IMG/VR virus record: IMGVR_UViG_2657244971_000003
Reading direction: 5' to 3' (one strand)
DNA: 13,046 nt
Source of the DNA: a virus
Taxonomy: Duplodnaviria > Heunggongvirae > Uroviricota > Caudoviricetes
Part shown: piece after piece, positions 7,043 to 13,046 of the stretch
Layout of the letters: each line of letters starts with the position of its first letter
Numbering within the stretch: position 1 is the first letter of the stretch
Notes under the pieces: model-generated
Told to the model about the DNA's origin: nothing
Seen by the model: only the letters and a program-made list of their open reading frames with translations
Databases searched by the model: none
Translations under genes and position numbers: made by a program

Positions 7043-8718
7043 CTGTCACTAGCGAGCCATGTAATAATCCCCGTGCGGGCAATGGTTTTTGCTTCATCTG
7101 TTGATAAGGTTTTCTCCCATCTCTTAAATGCCCCAGATTGCATCAGTTTCCTTTCTATTGCGCGTCTCACTTCTGCTCTGTCTACTGGTGCGTTTTGCAG
7201 GCGAAATAGCATTGATTTAAACTCAGGAGAAGATAGCAGAGCATCAGCAGCCTTTATCCTGCTTGTTTTCCCTGACATCAATGCAGACGTTATCACCCCT
7301 GTTGCACCTACACCAGGGAGACCAGATAAGCTTGTAATACCTTCCGCCGCAGCAGCTTTTGAGGCTATTCCATAAATTTTTGCGAGACTACCCTTTTCTT
7401 TCAGAAAGTTATTAACTTGCTGATCCACAAGACTACTAGCATACTGCTTACCAGTATTGAGTCTATTCATAGCCTTAGCTGCTTGATAAATCGTATCAAG
7501 GCGCTTTGATGCATCTGTGCCAATAGCATCACGGAGAGCCTTCATATTGGCCCCATTGCGTGACATTCCGTTATACCATTTTACAAATCCATCAACTCCT
7601 AATTGCTGACCAGGTGATTTGGCATAGCTGGTAAATGCTTTATTCATTGAGGTGAGCGCAACTTCCTGCCGCATATCCTTTGGAATCGACTTCATTAATT
7701 GCCTAAAGTCGCCACCGTTTCCTTTTGCCATATTAACAACAGCACTTTCAACTTTTAGAATTGCTGATTGCTGAAGTTTTCTACCCAAGACGGTTACAGC
7801 ATCATCTTCAATGGATTTTCGTTTTTTTACCAACTCCTTACCAAGCGTCCATAATTCCCCTGCGCCATATTTTTCTGCGACAGCCTGTTGGTCATCTGTT
7901 ATGGCTGCATATAACTTTTTAAGAACACCTGTTTCTTCATCCTTGAATGGACCAGAGCCTTTGCCAATAGCTTGTCCAACCTGCTTTCTAGCGAGATCTA
8001 AACGCCCATACGTTGGCAAGGTGTTTGGATCAAGTCGGTTCAATGTCCGCTTCATTATTGGAGATAATTCATCAATTCCACCTATGTCATCAGCAAAATC
8101 CTCTAAAAAATTCAATGTATTAGTTGCCTCAATCCGGTCTCTTACAGGAACCTTTTCGGCAATTTTGTTGTAGATGTTATCTGACTGATTTTGTAATGAT
8201 GAAATGGTTTTATCAAAATTATCTGCAAGCCTGTCAGAAACCAGTTGCTTATCAAGGCTTCCCCCAAATGAAGTTATCATTTCATCAGCTTTTCTTCCTA
8301 ATTCAGTAATAAAACGCTTATGCGCCTCACTAATCTCTGTTCCAGGGAGACTTGCCACTGCATTATCAAGAGCCCTGACAGCAGGATTATTAGAGATCAT
8401 GCCTGGAGTGGCATAATTTTCCAGTTCTAGCTCACGAATAGCATTTATCGCGTTAAAATCAGGATTAACTTCATCGGCGAAATCTTGAATAGCTCGTTGC
8501 CCGCCGATAAATTTATTGTCCATTGCGCCAGTAGCTTTCTTTAACGTTGCTTTAGATGATTTACTACCCATCCCTACGGATGAGCGATAAATATCTCCGG
8601 CACTATTTTTAATTTTTCCTGCAATCTTCCCAAGCGCTGGACCAACAATCTCGGCTATCCGGTAACTCCGGATGGTTGGATAAGCTGTAGTGAGCAGATG
8701 CCTTCCGCAGGGGAACAA
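7039..8718 (-). CDS. P22 gp16-family DNA ejection/injection protein, probably 5'-truncated (possible pseudogene)
   Basis: Long, alpha-helix-rich, Ala/Lys-rich product. It sits upstream of the sieA/mnt-like region, where gene 16 lies in P22. The frame is open to 8718, where the tracked ORF begins at a TTG with no RBS; the first in-frame ATG (8569-8571) has only a weak RBS. Identity is from synteny and composition, not motif recognition. Confidence 0.55.
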   Translation of the reverse strand: MFPCGRHLLTTAYPTIRSYRIAEIVGPALGKIAGKIKNSAGDIYRSSVGMGSKSSKATLKKATGAMDNKFIGGQRAIQDFADEVNPDFNAINAIRELELENYATPGMISNNPAVRALDNAVASLPGTEISEAHKRFITELGRKADEMITSFGGSLDKQLVSDRLADNFDKTISSLQNQSDNIYNKIAEKVPVRDRIEATNTLNFLEDFADDIGGIDELSPIMKRTLNRLDPNTLPTYGRLDLARKQVGQAIGKGSGPFKDEETGVLKKLYAAITDDQQAVAEKYGAGELWTLGKELVKKRKSIEDDAVTVLGRKLQQSAILKVESAVVNMAKGNGGDFRQLMKSIPKDMRQEVALTSMNKAFTSYAKSPGQQLGVDGFVKWYNGMSRNGANMKALRDAIGTDASKRLDTIYQAAKAMNRLNTGKQYASSLVDQQVNNFLKEKGSLAKIYGIASKAAAAEGITSLSGLPGVGATGVITSALMSGKTSRIKAADALLSSPEFKSMLFRLQNAPVDRAEVRRAIERKLMQSGAFKRWEKTLSTDEAKTIARTGIITWLASDS

Positions 8719-8980
8719 GTGTTGGCGTACCGTCCAGACGCGCCGGAAAGTAATGATCCATTAATCAAGATGGCAACGTACGTTGGCGGGTCAGCACACG
8801 GACACGGCTTTGATTGCTACTGCAAGCCAACCCACTGGATGCCGCTGCCAGCAGCACCGCAGGAGGTGAACCGTGGCTAACCTGCAACTTGCCGTCAAAG
8901 GTGAATAACAATCCTCGCATTCGCGGGGATTTCTTTTATCTGAACTCGCTACGGCGGGTTTTGTTTTATGGAGATGATAA

Positions 8981-9148
8981 ATGCACTTTCGAGTCACAGG
9001 TGAATGGAATGGAGAGCCATTCAACAGGGTTATCGAAGCAGAGGACATCAACGACTGCTATAACCACTGGATGCTATGGGCGCAGATAGCACATGCAGAC
9101 GTAACCAATATTCGAATTGAAGAACTGAAAGAACACCAAGCCGCCTGA
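8981..9148 (+). CDS. Hypothetical 55-aa protein
   Basis: Hand-translated (below the ORF track floor): MHFRVTGEWNGEPFNRVIEAEDINDCYNHWMLWAQIAHADVTNIRIEELKEHQAA. GGAG lies 7 nt upstream of the ATG and a strong terminator follows directly. Confidence 0.5.
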   Translation: MHFRVTGEWNGEPFNRVIEAEDINDCYNHWMLWAQIAHADVTNIRIEELKEHQAA

Positions 9149-9161
9149 TGGCGGTTTTTTT
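9141..9161 (+). terminator. Rho-independent terminator
   Basis: CCGCC-TGAT-GGCGG hairpin followed by 7 T. The stop codon of the 55-aa ORF sits in the loop. Confidence 0.6.
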
Positions 9162-9172
9162 GGGGGTAGTAG

Positions 9173-9388
9173 ATGGCTGCAATTCACATTGTCTCAATAA
9201 TATGCAATGCAATTCAGATAGTTGCTTGCATTATCTTTGTTTTCTCAATTCTTCGCTCCCGACGATATTCTCCAGCAATTAACCGACATCCTGCACAGGT
9301 TGAAGCCGTCAGGATGGCTATAGAGTTACGAAATGAGATGAATAAGGCATTAATGGAGATGGAGAAACCATTCACTGACAAACATTAA
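9173..9388 (+). CDS. Hypothetical 71-aa protein with hydrophobic N-terminus
   Basis: ORF has an ATG start and a G-rich stretch upstream. N-terminal 25 residues are hydrophobic. No other support. Confidence 0.3.
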   Translation: MAAIHIVSIICNAIQIVACIIFVFSILRSRRYSPAINRHPAQVEAVRMAIELRNEMNKALMEMEKPFTDKH

Positions 9389-9466
9389 GAGTGGAAATAA
9401 AGAAATCACCCCGCCTCACACTCGATGAGGCATTTTCATTTATCAAGATATACAGACCTACCATCG

Positions 9467-9486
9467 CCGCATCAATGCGGTTTTTT
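9467..9486 (+). terminator. Putative rho-independent terminator just left of the 16-nt argW repeat
   Basis: CCGCA-TCAA-TGCGG hairpin followed by TTTTTT. Confidence 0.45.
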
Positions 9487-9496
9487 ATTGCCTGAT

Positions 9497-9512
9497 TTGC
9501 AGGTTCGATTCC
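9497..9512 (+). repeat. 16-nt direct repeat of the argW T-arm (TTGCAGGTTCGATTCC), candidate att core or att relic
   Basis: Exact 16/16 identity with 1054-1069 inside argW; flanking bases differ. The downstream sequence does not complete a T-stem, so it is not a tRNA. Confidence 0.6.
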
Positions 9513-9531
9513 CTATTCGGAGATAGCACTC

Positions 9532-9732
9532 ATGCAACACGAACTACAGCCTGATTCACTGGTTGATTTGAAATTCATCATGGCCGATACTGGCTTCGGT
9601 AAAACCTTCATCTACGACCGGATTAAGTCCGGCGACCTGCCAAAAGCCAAAGTTATCCACGGGCGAGCAAGATGGTTATATCGTGACCATTGTGAATTCA
9701 AAAATAAGCTCTTAAGCCGCGCTAATGGGTAA
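9532..9732 (+). CDS. torI: Excisionase / recombination directionality factor (TorI-like), 66 aa
   Basis: MQHELQPDSLVDLKFIMADTGFGKTFIYDRIKSGDLPKAKVIHGRARWLYRDHCEFKNKLLSRANG matches my recollection of E. coli TorI, the KplE1 excisionase. GGAGA lies about 8 nt upstream. The symbol is recalled, not searched. Confidence 0.7.
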   Translation: MQHELQPDSLVDLKFIMADTGFGKTFIYDRIKSGDLPKAKVIHGRARWLYRDHCEFKNKLLSRANG

Positions 9733-9747
9733 AATAGCGGGTAAAAT
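9727..9747 (+). promoter_or_regulatory. Tandem GGGTAAAAT motif copies near the right att site
   Basis: GGGTAAAAT at 9727-9735 and 9739-9747, overlapping the torI stop. The same motif clusters in front of intS at 1200-1244. Confidence 0.4.
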
Positions 9748-9805
9748 ATTTTTCACATCTAAAAAACACCATTCCAATCAATCCCCTGCTGCTTCAAGTA
9801 GATGT

Positions 9806-9818
9806 CTGCAGGGGACAC
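9806..9818 (+). repeat. 13-nt direct repeat of the argW 3' end (CTGCAGGGGACAC), candidate attR core of element A and relic attL of element B
   Basis: Exact 13/13 identity with 1069-1081. An 8-bp inverted partner TCCCCTGC sits at 9782-9789. Together with the 16-nt repeat it reconstitutes the argW 3' half (1054-1081), interrupted by about 293 bp that carry torI. Confidence 0.55.
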
Positions 9819-9932
9819 TTTAAAGACCTTTCTCTACATTTCACTTCATTACATAACCACTTAACAAAACAGTAAGTTATCACCGAATCGGCCTGATTTT
9901 CATTTCAGTTAATTTCATGACATTACAACCTC

Positions 9933-9981
9933 GTGATGGTATAAGTGATGGTATTCCCCAGTTCGATATGCAGATACCATC
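9933..9981. promoter_or_regulatory. Repeat cluster upstream of the second integrase (candidate arm-type or operator sites)
   Basis: Tandem direct 10-mers GTGATGGTAT at 9933-9942 and 9945-9954, plus an inverted copy ATACCATC at 9974-9981. Confidence 0.4.
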
Positions 9982-10004
9982 AATTTACCAAAATGAGTAC
10001 AGAT

Positions 10005-11279
10005 ATGGCCATTAATGTGCTTTCCCCCAAACAGATAGAAAACGCCAAGCCGAAGACCAATGATTACAAACTTACCGATGGAGGGAGTTTGTATCTACTG
10101 GTACGAAAGACTGGTGGAAAATACTGGCGTATGAATTATCGTTTTGATGGAAAACAAGTGACATTGGCATTAGGGGTCTACCCAGATGTCTCACTTGCAA
10201 CAGCGCGGAAACGGCGTGATGAAGCCAGGCAACTACTAGCCGATGGTCGTGATCCTCGCGAAGCAAAGAAACCCAAAAAGGAAGACCCAATTTCCCCCAC
10301 GTTCGAGAGTGTTGCCAGAGAGTGGCATAGTGGAACGATGGGGCATCCTGAGTGGAAAGAGATCACCCGTAAAAAAATTCTCCGAGAAATGGAAAACCAC
10401 CTCTTTCCTGCCATCGGTTCAAAGCCTATCGATACGCTCAAAACCCGTGACTTGATGCCGATGCTGGTTGAGATGACTGAGAAAGGAATTGGTGCCACAA
10501 CGAGCCGTGTAAAAACCACTATGACGAGCATCTTCCGTTATGCCGTGCAACGTGGAATTGTCGATTACAACCCTGCCCACGATCTAAAAGGTGCAATTAC
10601 GGCCCCCAAAGTACGACATCGCCCCGCACTACCTCTCGAACGTTTACCTGAACTGTTAGCGAAAACGAGAAGTTACACGGGAAGACCATTGACTCGCCTA
10701 GCAGTTCTCTTTTCCCTGCACACTTTTGTGCGATCCAGCGAACTACGACATGCCAGATGGGAGGAGATCGACATTGAAAATGGGCTATGGACGATACCAG
10801 GACAACGTGAAGAGATCGCAGGGGTTAAATTCTCAGATCGGGGTGCAAAGATGGGGGCTGCTCATTATGTCCCGCTATCTAGTCAGGCTATCGGGGTACT
10901 GGAGGATATAAGGAAAATCAGTGGTGAATATCTGCTGGTTTTTCCCGGTGACAGCAACCCATATAAACCGATGAGCGAAAACACAGTTAATAAAGCACTG
11001 CGAACGATGGGTTACGACACTCAAACTGATGTTTGCTTGCATGGGTTCAGGGCGATGGCCTGCTCTGCACTGACCGAATCAGGACTCTGGTCACGCGATG
11101 CAGTTGAACGGCAGATGAGTCACCAAGAAAGAAACGAAGTGCGGGCAGCATATGTGCATCTTGCGCAGCACATGCAGGAACGCCGCAGAATGATGCAATG
11201 GTGGTCTAATTATCTGGAACTAAATAAGGACGAATTCCATGCTCCTTATGACTTATCAGGTATTAACATTATCAATTAA
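10005..11279 (+). CDS. P4-family tyrosine integrase, about 424 aa
   Basis: N-terminus MAINVLSPKQIENAKPKTNDYKLTDGGSLYLLVRKTGGKYWRMNYRFDGKQ is the P4-integrase arm-binding domain pattern. Catalytic region has HGFRAMACS and RAAYVH. The start could instead be ATG 9993; the tracked ORF begins at GTG 9945 inside the repeat cluster. Confidence 0.8.
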   Translation: MAINVLSPKQIENAKPKTNDYKLTDGGSLYLLVRKTGGKYWRMNYRFDGKQVTLALGVYPDVSLATARKRRDEARQLLADGRDPREAKKPKKEDPISPTFESVAREWHSGTMGHPEWKEITRKKILREMENHLFPAIGSKPIDTLKTRDLMPMLVEMTEKGIGATTSRVKTTMTSIFRYAVQRGIVDYNPAHDLKGAITAPKVRHRPALPLERLPELLAKTRSYTGRPLTRLAVLFSLHTFVRSSELRHARWEEIDIENGLWTIPGQREEIAGVKFSDRGAKMGAAHYVPLSSQAIGVLEDIRKISGEYLLVFPGDSNPYKPMSENTVNKALRTMGYDTQTDVCLHGFRAMACSALTESGLWSRDAVERQMSHQERNEVRAAYVHLAQHMQERRRMMQWWSNYLELNKDEFHAPYDLSGINIIN

Positions 11280-11292
11280 ATACTCTTATAAT
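11263..11292 (+). promoter_or_regulatory. Candidate sigma70 promoter for the 293-aa orphan gene
   Basis: TTAACA (11263-11268), 18-bp spacer, perfect TATAAT (11287-11292). AGAGG RBS at 11300-11304. Confidence 0.45.
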
Positions 11293-11309
11293 TTAAAACA
11301 GAGGTCATA

Positions 11310-12191
11310 ATGCAGCATTCAACAGAGAATGAAACTATATTCTTAGGAAATCTATGGATTGACAAAAAAATACCACCATTAGAATATTGTTCATTTGAAC
11401 GCGCTTCAAGACTATTAGAATGCGAGATTGATGATTTATTACATCTATACGAAATAGGCGCTTTTAATATCGCATTCAAGGCGAATGGACTTGCAGTTAG
11501 ATTTAATGTTAATTTCCTCAATAAAAATCAGAAAATGGAAATTGACTTAATTCATCCCGTATTAACTAATCAATCACTAGAGATGGAATTTTCAACAATA
11601 TGGTATGACCTTAAAGATGATTCCTTTGAACATTTTGAAAATGGGCTTCAAATTATAGGATTTGCCTGTGGTATTTGGTACGCCGATGATATGATAAGTG
11701 ACATAAAAAATGGATTAGCTATAGATCCAGATTATGAATTCAGGCTTAAACCGGTAAAAATACGAGATAATGTTTTGATGGCAACGGCCTCATATGAAGG
11801 AAATAAGGTCATTGAGATTCCATTTGAAGATCTTCTTATCATGCGAAGAGATTTAGAGTTAATATGGAAATCAGTAAAAACTGGAATTCCTATGCCAAGT
11901 TTACTTACGAAAAGAATTTCATCTGAACCTAAAATCCCCAAGCGATTAAATAACACTGCTGAGCATCATGCAAAAAATAGGGAGGGGTTATTAAATGCAG
12001 CCATATATATATTAGCAAAATACCCAAGCGAATGTCGTGGTGAAAGAAAAGAGATAAGTCCTGAAAAGTGGACTAACGCCATAATTAAACATTTAGGAGA
12101 GCTACCTCCAATATTTATCACTAATGAACAAGAAATCTTAAGAAAATTACGATTAGCGGTTAATCATGCGGGATTAAAACAAAAGGGGTAG
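11310..12191 (+). CDS. Hypothetical 293-aa protein, strongly AT-rich, no recognisable domain; candidate accessory cargo
   Basis: Long ORF with a good RBS and its own promoter. It is visibly more AT-rich than the flanking integrase and alpA-like genes (judged by eye, not computed). I found no Walker A, clear nuclease or HTH signature by eye. Confidence 0.65.
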   Translation: MQHSTENETIFLGNLWIDKKIPPLEYCSFERASRLLECEIDDLLHLYEIGAFNIAFKANGLAVRFNVNFLNKNQKMEIDLIHPVLTNQSLEMEFSTIWYDLKDDSFEHFENGLQIIGFACGIWYADDMISDIKNGLAIDPDYEFRLKPVKIRDNVLMATASYEGNKVIEIPFEDLLIMRRDLELIWKSVKTGIPMPSLLTKRISSEPKIPKRLNNTAEHHAKNREGLLNAAIYILAKYPSECRGERKEISPEKWTNAIIKHLGELPPIFITNEQEILRKLRLAVNHAGLKQKG

Positions 12192-12293
12192 ACTGAAACA
12201 ATCTACAGGTAGAGTTGATTACACTACCTTCACAGCATTTTGATATCCCCATAGTATCTGCCGTGTTCATTACATAATACGGCAGGTAATTTC

Positions 12294-12509
12294 ATGACAT
12301 TAAAAACTTATCCTATCACTGGACATGCCCGCCCACGAGCTACTGCTGACTTTTTGCAAATAAGTACGGTTACTCTCTGGCGCTGGGAAAAGAACAATCC
12401 TGAATTTCCCAAATCTATACGCATTTCAAAACGGGTATCTGTTTACGATGCACAAGAAATTAGGCAGTGGGTTAAAGCTCAATCAGCAGGATTGGAGGAA
12501 GTAGTGTAA
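12294..12509 (+). CDS. AlpA-family phage regulatory protein / excisionase-like HTH protein, 71 aa
   Basis: ISTVTLWRWEKNNPEFPKSIRISKRVSVYDAQEIRQWV fits the AlpA/Xis-like winged-helix pattern. A hairpin CTGCCGT...ACGGCAG (12258-12285) lies just upstream. Confidence 0.65.
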   Translation: MTLKTYPITGHARPRATADFLQISTVTLWRWEKNNPEFPKSIRISKRVSVYDAQEIRQWVKAQSAGLEEVV

Positions 12510-12558
12510 TGACAATATTAACAAAGCTGGGGAGAAAAAAGCCTCCCCAACGTATTAA

Positions 12559-12753
12559 TCAATTCTTTGGTTCTAAACCTCGGCTTTGTAACTCTTTGCG
12601 TAGAATGCGCTTGATCCAAGCCGCTAGCGATTCATCGCCATCCTGCTGTTGTGCTTGTTCCATCAGTTCACGCAGTTCAGGGTCAAGTCGGAACTGGAAT
12701 GGCGGATTCCCACGTCTTTCATTTTTGTGTGTTGACACGTCAATTACACCCAT
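12559..12753 (-). CDS. Hypothetical small DNA-binding protein, possibly ribbon-helix-helix, 64 aa
   Basis: FQFRLDPELRELMEQA...SLAAWIKRILRKEL has a strand-helix-helix-like pattern. No clear RBS. It is divergent from the Icd-like ORF across an inverted-repeat region. Confidence 0.4.
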   Translation of the reverse strand: MGVIDVSTHKNERRGNPPFQFRLDPELRELMEQAQQQDGDESLAAWIKRILRKELQSRGLEPKN

Positions 12754-12766
12754 TGTAATGTATTTA

Positions 12767-12787
12767 TGTGTAATGACACATTACACA
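12767..12787. promoter_or_regulatory. Inverted repeat TGTGTAATG-ACA-CATTACACA, candidate operator
   Basis: 9-bp arms are perfect reverse complements with a 3-bp spacer. Related ATTACA/TGTAAT motifs occur at about 12741-12760, 12215-12222 and 12268-12275. Confidence 0.4.
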
Positions 12788-12869
12788 CAGAAAAACAAAA
12801 TAGCAACGCCCCGGAGTGTTTGCAGCAGCACCGAGGCGTCTGACCAGCACGTTATATGAGGTAACGAAG

Positions 12870-13046
12870 ATGGCTAAACAGAAGTGTACCTGGTTATTTG
12901 CGGCGATCAACCGCAGTCAACGCAATGCCCGTCCTGTGATGTTAAGGATCACCGCTGATAACGAACGATCAGCGCGGCGCAGACTTGCCCCGGACTATGT
13001 ACTGAGCTTTGCCGGGCGCATTCCCTGCGGAGGTGAACATGCGTAA
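12870..13046 (+). CDS. Small Icd-like protein (tentative), 58 aa
   Basis: ATG 12870 with GAGGT 7 nt upstream; the tracked ORF begins further upstream at 12816. MAKQKCTWLFAAINRSQRNARPVMLRITADNERSARRRLAPDYVLSFAGRIPC resembles my recollection of Icd-like small proteins in P4-family islands. The functional label is weak. Confidence 0.45.
   Translation: MAKQKCTWLFAAINRSQRNARPVMLRITADNERSARRRLAPDYVLSFAGRIPCGGEHA

Larger units (their letters stand above)
1084..9818. mobile_element. Deleted P22-family (Sf6/HK620/KplE1-like) prophage remnant integrated at argW, with IntS at the left end and a TorI-like RDF at the right end
   Basis: Bounded on the left by intact argW and on the right by a 13-nt direct repeat of the argW 3' end (9806-9818). 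Contains integrase, tailspike, ant/arc/mnt, an ejection-protein fragment and an excisionase, but no replication, lysis or capsid genes, so it cannot be a complete phage. The exact right boundary is uncertain (see the 16-nt repeat at 9497-9512). Confidence 0.6.
9819..13046. mobile_element. Left end of a second, P4-family integrase island (CP4-57-like or PICI-like), continuing beyond the window
   Basis: tRNA 3' remnant, then a P4-type integrase about 130-190 nt downstream (depending on start codon), an AT-rich cargo gene, an AlpA-like gene, a divergent small RHH ORF and an Icd-like ORF. Confidence 0.55.

Noticed and set aside
7073-8416. Plus-strand ORFs 7073-7375, 7811-8173, 8124-8309 and 8204-8416 inside the gp16-like gene
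   Set aside because: All are antisense to a long, compositionally coherent minus-strand frame. Chance ORFs.
8698-9089. ORFs 8698-8880 (+), 8791-9051 (-) and 8814-9089 (+) in the deletion-junction region
   Set aside because: They overlap one another, lack convincing RBSs and give Cys/Arg-rich translations. The in-frame 55-aa ORF at 8981-9148 has a GGAG RBS and a terminator and is preferred. I cannot exclude that one is a gene fragment.
9495-9530. Possible second tRNA gene suggested by GCAGGTTCGATTCC
   Set aside because: Only 16 nt match argW. The downstream sequence CTATTCGGAG cannot close a T-stem or form an acceptor stem. It is an att-type repeat, not a tRNA.
10072-10911. Four ORFs inside the second integrase (10072-10290 -, 10178-10531 -, 10243-10455 +, 10726-10911 +)
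   Set aside because: They are embedded in, or out of frame with, the integrase frame and lack start signals.
11276-11956. Minus-strand ORFs 11276-11521 and 11732-11956 inside the 293-aa gene
   Set aside because: Antisense to the long AT-rich frame. AT-rich DNA generates open antisense frames by chance, and neither has an RBS.
12530-12548. Hairpin GGGGAG-loop-CTCCCC between the convergent alpA-like and RHH-like genes as a terminator
   Set aside because: The stem is good but there is no U-tract on either strand, so I did not call it a terminator. It may still act as a pause or RNA-stability element.
12509-12859. 116-aa plus-strand ORF overlapping the RHH-like gene
   Set aside because: The translation is Cys/Ser/Arg-rich and low complexity, and it would read through the inverted-repeat operator region. 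The minus-strand RHH-like frame is more protein-like, though it is itself only moderately supported.
1-13046. CRISPR arrays, insertion sequences and rRNA genes
   Set aside because: No regularly spaced short direct repeats with unique spacers, no transposase-like ORF with terminal inverted repeats, and no rRNA-like sequence were seen on reading the window.

Overview
This window reads as an Escherichia/Shigella-type chromosome segment at the argW integration hotspot. It begins with a complete yfdC (FNT-family membrane protein) and an intact tRNA-Arg(CCU) gene, followed by two stacked integrative elements. Element A (about 1084-9818) is a deleted P22-family (Sf6/HK620/KplE1-like) prophage remnant: IntS-type integrase next to the tRNA, then on the minus strand an intact mosaic tailspike and an immI-like region (ant, an extra 80-aa ORF, arc, divergent mnt, a putative sar-like antisense RNA), a cluster of small membrane/secreted ORFs, a probably 5'-truncated ejection-protein gene, and a TorI-like excisionase near the right end. 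The right end carries two separate pieces of the argW 3' half (16 nt at 9497-9512 and 13 nt at 9806-9818) flanking the torI-like gene. Element B (9819 to the window end, incomplete) starts with a second P4-family integrase, then an AT-rich 293-aa orphan gene with its own promoter, an AlpA-like regulator, a small RHH-like ORF and an Icd-like small ORF. The best candidates for something undescribed are the 293-aa orphan in the integrase-alpA slot and the mnt-linked small-protein cluster, with the 80-aa ORF between arc and ant a third. All identifications are from reading the sequence and recalled family knowledge; no database search was run, and gene names (intS, torI, ant, arc, mnt) are recalled similarity, not verified hits.
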